The notes beneath the pieces are model-generated. The model was not told the origin of the DNA. It was given only the letters and a program-made list of their open reading frames with translations, and made no database searches. Of a stretch of 64,000 nt of DNA, positions 59,590 to 64,000 are shown piece by piece. This DNA comes from an uncultured Gemmatimonadaceae bacterium (GTDB taxonomy: Bacteria; Gemmatimonadota; Gemmatimonadetes; Gemmatimonadales; GWC2-71-9), in contig CAZNOJ010000001.1 of the NCBI GenBank assembly GCA_964574665.1, forward strand, positions 35,206 to 99,205. The letters run 5' to 3'. Position 1 is the stretch's first letter; the number at the start of each line of letters is the position of its first letter. The translations under genes were made by a program, and so were the position numbers.

Positions 59590-59657
59590 GCGGGATGTGC
59601 GACGTTGCGGAAGAGGGCAAGAGGACAGGACGGTTCACCCAGAACGCGGGAGGTGAT

Positions 59658-60911
59658 GTGTCGACGAACATGATGCGGGGCGGCCTGGGAGTGGTCGCGC
59701 TGGGCCTGGTGCTCGGGGCGACGCCGGTGCTGTCCCAGACTCCGACCGCCCCGGTGCCGGTGCCTGGGGCGTACGACGGGGGATACCTGATCTTCCGGAG
59801 CGCCGATGGCCGCTTCGAGTACTGGCTCGACGGCCGGCTCAACCTCGACGGCGCCGTATACTGGGGTGGCGACAACGACCTCGGCAACGGCACCACGATC
59901 CGGCGCGCGCGGCTCGGCGTCAAGTCGCAGCTCTACCGCGACTGGTACGCGGAGATCGACGTGGACTTCGCCAACAACGAGCTGGAGATCAAGGACGCGT
60001 GGGCGGGGTACACCGGCTTCGGCAACACGCTCCTCAAGGTCGGGCAGTACAAGGAGCCGTTCTCGCTGGAGACGGTCACCTCCTCGAAGAACATCCTCTT
60101 CATGGAGCGCTCCTATGCCGACAACTTCTCGCCCGACCGGAATCTCGGCGTGGGGGCGGTGCGGTGGGGCAGGCACTGGCGCGTGGCGGTCGGTGCCTTC
60201 GGCCAGGACGGCGGCGCCGTGGATGAGACGGCGCGCGACGAGGGGTTCGGCCTCACTGGGCGCGTGACGATCGCCCCGGTGATCAAGGACCGCCAGGTGA
60301 TCCACTTCGGGGTCGGGCTCAGCCGCCGGACGCCGGAGGCCGCCGAGGGGAGCGACACCAATTCGGTGCGCTTCCGGGCGCGGCCGGAGACCGACGTCTC
60401 GCAGGCGCGATTCGTCAACACCGGCCGGATCCGGTTTGTCGATCACACCAGCCTGTACAACGCCGAAGCGGCGGTGATGCTCGGGTCGCTGCACCTGCAG
60501 GGCGAGTACACCGGCGTGGCGGTGCGTCGGCTCGAGGACCGGGCGACGGCGCACTTCAGCGGTGGGTACGTGTCGGCCAGCTACTTCCTCACCGGAGACA
60601 GCCGGAAGTACCTGGTGGAGGACGGCGAATTCGACCGGGTGCTGCCGACCCGTCCGGGCGGCGCCTGGGAACTGGGGGTGCGCTACAGCACCATCAACCT
60701 CAACGACGACGACCCCGAAGTGGACATCCTGGGTGGCAAGGCCACCAATTACACGGTGGGCCTCACCTGGCACATCAACGCGAACCTGAAGTGGATGATC
60801 AACTTCGTGCGGGTGGAGACCGACGAGAACTCGGAGCCCGACCTGGGGGAGAACACCGTCCCGGGCGACAAGTTCAACTTCATCGCCACCAGGGTGGCCC
60901 TGGCATTCTAG
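59658..60911 (+). CDS. Phosphate-selective porin O/P family (OprO/OprP-like)
   Basis: Track ORF 59595..60911, with the start at GTG 59658 after gggagg (or ATG 59670). F.YWLDGRLNLDGAVY.., IRRARLGVK...DWYAEIDVDFANNELEIKDAWAGY.., LKVGQYKEPFSLE...S.K...FMERS, and C-terminal NLKWMINFVRVE. Confidence 0.85.
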   Translation: MSTNMMRGGLGVVALGLVLGATPVLSQTPTAPVPVPGAYDGGYLIFRSADGRFEYWLDGRLNLDGAVYWGGDNDLGNGTTIRRARLGVKSQLYRDWYAEIDVDFANNELEIKDAWAGYTGFGNTLLKVGQYKEPFSLETVTSSKNILFMERSYADNFSPDRNLGVGAVRWGRHWRVAVGAFGQDGGAVDETARDEGFGLTGRVTIAPVIKDRQVIHFGVGLSRRTPEAAEGSDTNSVRFRARPETDVSQARFVNTGRIRFVDHTSLYNAEAAVMLGSLHLQGEYTGVAVRRLEDRATAHFSGGYVSASYFLTGDSRKYLVEDGEFDRVLPTRPGGAWELGVRYSTINLNDDDPEVDILGGKATNYTVGLTWHINANLKWMINFVRVETDENSEPDLGENTVPGDKFNFIATRVALAF

Positions 60912-60915
60912 GGGC

Positions 60916-61395
60916 GTGATGCCGACCGAGATCGAGCGGAAGTACCTGATCATCCCGGGTGCCTGGCACCCGGACCCGGCGCGGGGGACGCATTATCGGC
61001 AGGGGTACCTGTCGAGCGACCCCGCCCGGGTGGTTCGCGTCCGGGTGGCCGGCGACGCCGCGTGGCTCACCATCAAGGGGCTCACCGAGGGGATCTCGCG
61101 GCTGGAGTTCGAGTACCCGATCCCGGTGGCCGATGCCAACCTGTTGCTCGACCGGCTGGCAGTGGGCAGCGTGGTGGCAAAGCGCCGCTATCGCGAGACG
61201 TTTGCGGGTCGGGTGTGGGAAATCGACGTCTTCGAGGGCGACAACGCCGGGTTGGTCCTGGCCGAGGTCGAGCTTCCCGACGCGGATGCCGCCGTGGAGC
61301 TGCCGCCGTGGGTCGCGCGCGAGGTGTCCGACGATCCGCGCTACTTCAATTCCAACCTGGCGGTGCATCCGTGGCGGGAGTGGGGACGGCCGTGA
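60916..61395 (+). CDS. CYTH-domain protein (CyaB/ThTPase-type triphosphate tunnel metalloenzyme)
   Basis: The N-terminal EIERKYLI (ExExK) motif, plus VRVRVAGDAAWLTIKG, KRRY..F.G.VWEIDVFEG.NAGLVLAEVELP. Confidence 0.85.
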   Translation: MMPTEIERKYLIIPGAWHPDPARGTHYRQGYLSSDPARVVRVRVAGDAAWLTIKGLTEGISRLEFEYPIPVADANLLLDRLAVGSVVAKRRYRETFAGRVWEIDVFEGDNAGLVLAEVELPDADAAVELPPWVAREVSDDPRYFNSNLAVHPWREWGRP

Positions 61396-62948
61396 GTGCG
61401 GCGCCGGCACCGCAGGGCGACCGGTTCGCCGAAATGCTGGCGCTCGACCGGCTCACCCTCTCGCCGGCGGCCCGGCCGGTCACCGGCACGGCCGATCGCT
61501 GGATGCGGCGACTGGGGTTGCCCGTGGGCCTGGTGGTGTTCGCCTGGCTCACGCTGATGCCCCGCCCGGAGGGGCTCGACGCCGCGGGGCAGGCGGCGAT
61601 CGCCGCGTTCGCCCTGGCACTGGTCTGGTGGGTGACCGAGCCGTGGCCGTCGTACGTGACGTCGCTGATCCTGATGGTGGTGCTGGTGGTGACCCGCGCC
61701 GACGACGCCGACCGGGTGATGGGTGTCCTCGGGATGGACGTGATCTGGCTCAACGTGATGGCGTTCATCCTGAGCGCGATGCTGGTGGCGACCCGGCTCG
61801 CCAAGCGGCTCGCGCTCCTCCTCATCGAGCGATTCGGCCACACGGTCTCGTGGGCCCTCGGCTCGTTCGTGGTGCTGCAGCTCGTCCTGGCGCCGCTCAT
61901 CCCGGCCACCGCCGCCCGGACGGTGCTCACCCTCCCGCTGATGGTGGCGGTGGCGGCGATCTATGGCGCCACGGCGGAGCGCAACACCAACGTCGGCCGC
62001 AACCTCTTCCTGCTCAACCTCACCGCCATCAGCATCCTGTCGTCCACGGTGATGACCGGCAGCGCCGCCAACCTTGTCGCGGTCGGCTTCATCCAGGAGC
62101 TGGGCGGCCACAAGGTGTACTACTCCGACTGGCTGCTGGCCTCCGCGCCCATCGCGGTGCTGACCGTGCTCTGCGCGTGGTTCCTCGGGCCGCGGCTGAT
62201 CTTCCGCGTGCCGCGAGCCGAACGGACGCCGACCTTTCCGGGCGGCTTCGAGGCGGTGCGGGCGGAGCGCGAGAAGCTCGGGCCGATCACCCCGGTGCAG
62301 TGGCGCGCGATGGCGATCTTCGGCCTGGTGATCTTCCTCTGGGCCACCGACCGCTTCCAGCAGGGGTGGTTCGGCTTCGAGCTGGGCGCGCCGATCGCGG
62401 CGATGATCGGGGCCGTTCTTGCGCTGCTGCCCCGCGTGGGGGTCATCACCTGGGGCGACACGGAGATCCCCTGGCACCTGATGGTGTTCAGCGCAGGGGC
62501 GTACGCCGGCGGGCTCGCGCTCGAGCACACCGGGGCGGGGGAGTGGGCCGTGAATGCCCTGTTCGGCGGGATGCATCTGGAACGGCTGGCGTTCGGCTGG
62601 ACCTACGCGATCGTGGTGGCGGTGATGCTCTACAGCCACCTGCTGTCGACCTCCAAGACGATCCGCACCGTGCTCATGGTGCCGGCCATCATCCTCCTGG
62701 CTCGGAGCCTCGGCTGGGACCCGGTGTCGCTGGCGCTGCCGGCGGCCTTCACCATCGACTGGGTGATCGGGCTGCCGATCAGCGGCAAGCCCAACGTCAT
62801 CCTGTTCGGCACCAACCAGTACTCGGTGCGGGACAACCTCCGCTACGGGCTGCTGGTGTGCACCGCCGGGTACCTCCTGATGCTGCTGGCGGGCGCCACG
62901 TACTTCCACTGGCTCGGGATCACCCCCGCGTTCGGCGCGCTGCCCTAG
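61392..62948 (+). CDS. DASS/SLC13-type (anion permease superfamily) transporter
   Basis: Track ORF 61062..62948. GTG 61392 forms a GTGA overlap with the CYTH stop (ATG 61434 is an alternative). There are about 12 or more TM segments. Typical motifs are TEPWPSYVTSLI, PATAART and GSAANLV. Confidence 0.75.
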   Translation: MSAAPAPQGDRFAEMLALDRLTLSPAARPVTGTADRWMRRLGLPVGLVVFAWLTLMPRPEGLDAAGQAAIAAFALALVWWVTEPWPSYVTSLILMVVLVVTRADDADRVMGVLGMDVIWLNVMAFILSAMLVATRLAKRLALLLIERFGHTVSWALGSFVVLQLVLAPLIPATAARTVLTLPLMVAVAAIYGATAERNTNVGRNLFLLNLTAISILSSTVMTGSAANLVAVGFIQELGGHKVYYSDWLLASAPIAVLTVLCAWFLGPRLIFRVPRAERTPTFPGGFEAVRAEREKLGPITPVQWRAMAIFGLVIFLWATDRFQQGWFGFELGAPIAAMIGAVLALLPRVGVITWGDTEIPWHLMVFSAGAYAGGLALEHTGAGEWAVNALFGGMHLERLAFGWTYAIVVAVMLYSHLLSTSKTIRTVLMVPAIILLARSLGWDPVSLALPAAFTIDWVIGLPISGKPNVILFGTNQYSVRDNLRYGLLVCTAGYLLMLLAGATYFHWLGITPAFGALP

Positions 62949-63007
62949 CCACTGAGGGAAGGGCGTCCGCTAGATTGCCCCTTCCACCGCCGGGGGCCGG
63001 ATCGCCG

Positions 63008-64000
63008 ATGGGATTTCGCCCGCTGCTGCCGCGCCTCGCCCGGCTCGCGGCAGCCATCTACTACCGGATCGAATACGCCGGTGCGGCGGTGCCGCCGCGC
63101 GGGCCGGTGCTGCTGGTGGCCAACCATCCCAATTCGCTGCTCGACCCGATGCTGGTCCTCGCGGCGTCGGGGCGGCCACTGCGCTTCCTCGCCAAGGCGC
63201 CGCTCTTCGAGGATCCGAAGGTGGGATGGCTGGTGCGCGCCTTCGGCTCGATTCCCGTGTACCGCGCCGCGGATGATCCATCGCGCATGGCGCGCAACGA
63301 CGAGATGTTCCGCGCCGTGCACGCGGCGCTCGCCGCGGGTGATGCGGTGGCGCTCTTCCCCGAGGGGATCTCCCACTCGGAGCCGGCCCTGGCGCCGCTC
63401 AAGACCGGAGCCGCCCGGATCGCGATCGGCTCCAGCGCGCTGGTGGGTGGGGCGTTCCCGCTGGTGCCGGTGGGACTCGTGTTCCGGGACAAGGAACGCT
63501 TCCGCTCGCGGGCCCAGGTGGTGGTGGGCGACCCGGTGCGGTGGGACGACCTCGCCGGTCGTGGCGTGCACGACCCCGAGGCCGTGCGCGAGCTGACCGA
63601 GCGTCTCGCGCGGGCGCTGGCGGCGCTGACGGTGAACCTGGAAAGCTGGCAGGACGCGCCGGTGGTGGACACGGCGATGGCAATCTGGGCCGCCGAGGAG
63701 GGCAGGACCGCGGCACCCCCCGAGGAGGCGGCGTGGCGGGGCATCACTGCGCGGCTCCTCGCGACCGTGCGCGCCCTCGGGGACGCCGAAGGGGAGCAGC
63801 TGGTGCGTGATGTGTCGCGGCACGCGCGCCGGCTCGCCCGCCTCCACCTCGCCCCGGGCGACCTGCACGCCGATACCGACCATGCCGCGGCGCTGCGTTG
63901 GAGCGCGGCCCGCCTGCCGGTCGTGATGCCGCTGCCACTGCTGGTGGCTGCCGCCGGCTGGGTGCTGTTCTGGGTGCCATACCGGCTCACGGGCTGGGTA
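63008..64000 (+). CDS. Lysophospholipid / glycerol-3-phosphate-type acyltransferase (PlsC superfamily); its 3' end runs off the right edge
   Basis: My own translation from ATG 63008 stays open to base 64000: MGFRPLLPRLARLAAAIYYRIEYAG..PVLLVANHPNSLLDP..FLAKAPLF..FGSIPVYR..ALFPEGISHSEP.L.PLKTGAARIA. It is absent from the ORF track because there is no stop in the window. Confidence 0.75.
   Translation, partial: MGFRPLLPRLARLAAAIYYRIEYAGAAVPPRGPVLLVANHPNSLLDPMLVLAASGRPLRFLAKAPLFEDPKVGWLVRAFGSIPVYRAADDPSRMARNDEMFRAVHAALAAGDAVALFPEGISHSEPALAPLKTGAARIAIGSSALVGGAFPLVPVGLVFRDKERFRSRAQVVVGDPVRWDDLAGRGVHDPEAVRELTERLARALAALTVNLESWQDAPVVDTAMAIWAAEEGRTAAPPEEAAWRGITARLLATVRALGDAEGEQLVRDVSRHARRLARLHLAPGDLHADTDHAAALRWSAARLPVVMPLPLLVAAAGWVLFWVPYRLTGWV

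Noticed and set aside
1-64000. A search by eye for tRNA/rRNA genes, CRISPR arrays, transposases, integrases, phage genes, toxin-antitoxin pairs and known defence-system hallmarks.
   Set aside because: None was found. Intergenic spacers are short (mostly under 200 bp) and lack cloverleaf-like or regularly spaced repeat structure. No ORF shows DDE, tyrosine-recombinase or nuclease/defence-type motifs.

Overview
This is a very GC-rich bacterial chromosomal segment (about 70 % GC by eye, not computed). It is densely packed with roughly 68 protein-coding genes on both strands. Many genes are joined by 1-4 nt start/stop overlaps (ATGA, GTGA, TGATG). I found no rRNA, tRNA, CRISPR array, transposase, integrase or prophage genes. 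The signal peptides (ending ..AAQ or ..AQG) and the gene mix (LVIVD, DinB, M55, HAF-like repeat, ECF-sigma/Ser-Thr-kinase pair) resemble soil phyla such as Gemmatimonadota or Acidobacteriota. That placement cannot be verified without a database search.

Most of the window is ordinary housekeeping and accessory metabolism: aldehyde dehydrogenase, peptidases, hydrolases, GNATs, an LLM oxidoreductase, a PQQ sugar dehydrogenase, a DEAD-box helicase and others.

The stand-out is a minus-strand four-gene operon at 48817-55274. It encodes a lipoprotein multihaem cytochrome (8 CXXCH + 1 CX4CH), a membrane-anchored NapC/NrfH-like cytochrome fused to a very long multihaem domain (18 CXXCH + 2 CX4CH), a 490-aa predicted beta-barrel protein, and a 16-haem cytochrome. 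The last three genes are linked by GTGA and ATGA overlaps. I read this as a candidate self-contained porin-cytochrome electron conduit running from the inner membrane to the cell surface.

Other items worth a second look:
- A translationally coupled phosphorelay (6832-12061) that ends in an H-box + REC + HAMP-like + Hanks Ser/Thr kinase fusion.
- A CarH/LitR-type B12 photoregulator (13097-14002).
- A cysteine-paired Sel1 lipoprotein coupled to a doubled ABC-2 exporter, preceded by an ankyrin membrane protein (24953-30764).
- A 51-bp nested palindrome in an AT-rich island (37608-37658).
- An OprO/OprP-type porin flanked by CYTH-type genes and followed by a DASS transporter, with Pho-box-like 11-bp phased repeats upstream (58926-62948).
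- A glutathione peroxidase gene with no canonical start codon (48324-48812).

All functional calls come from reading the translated ORFs. No searches were run.
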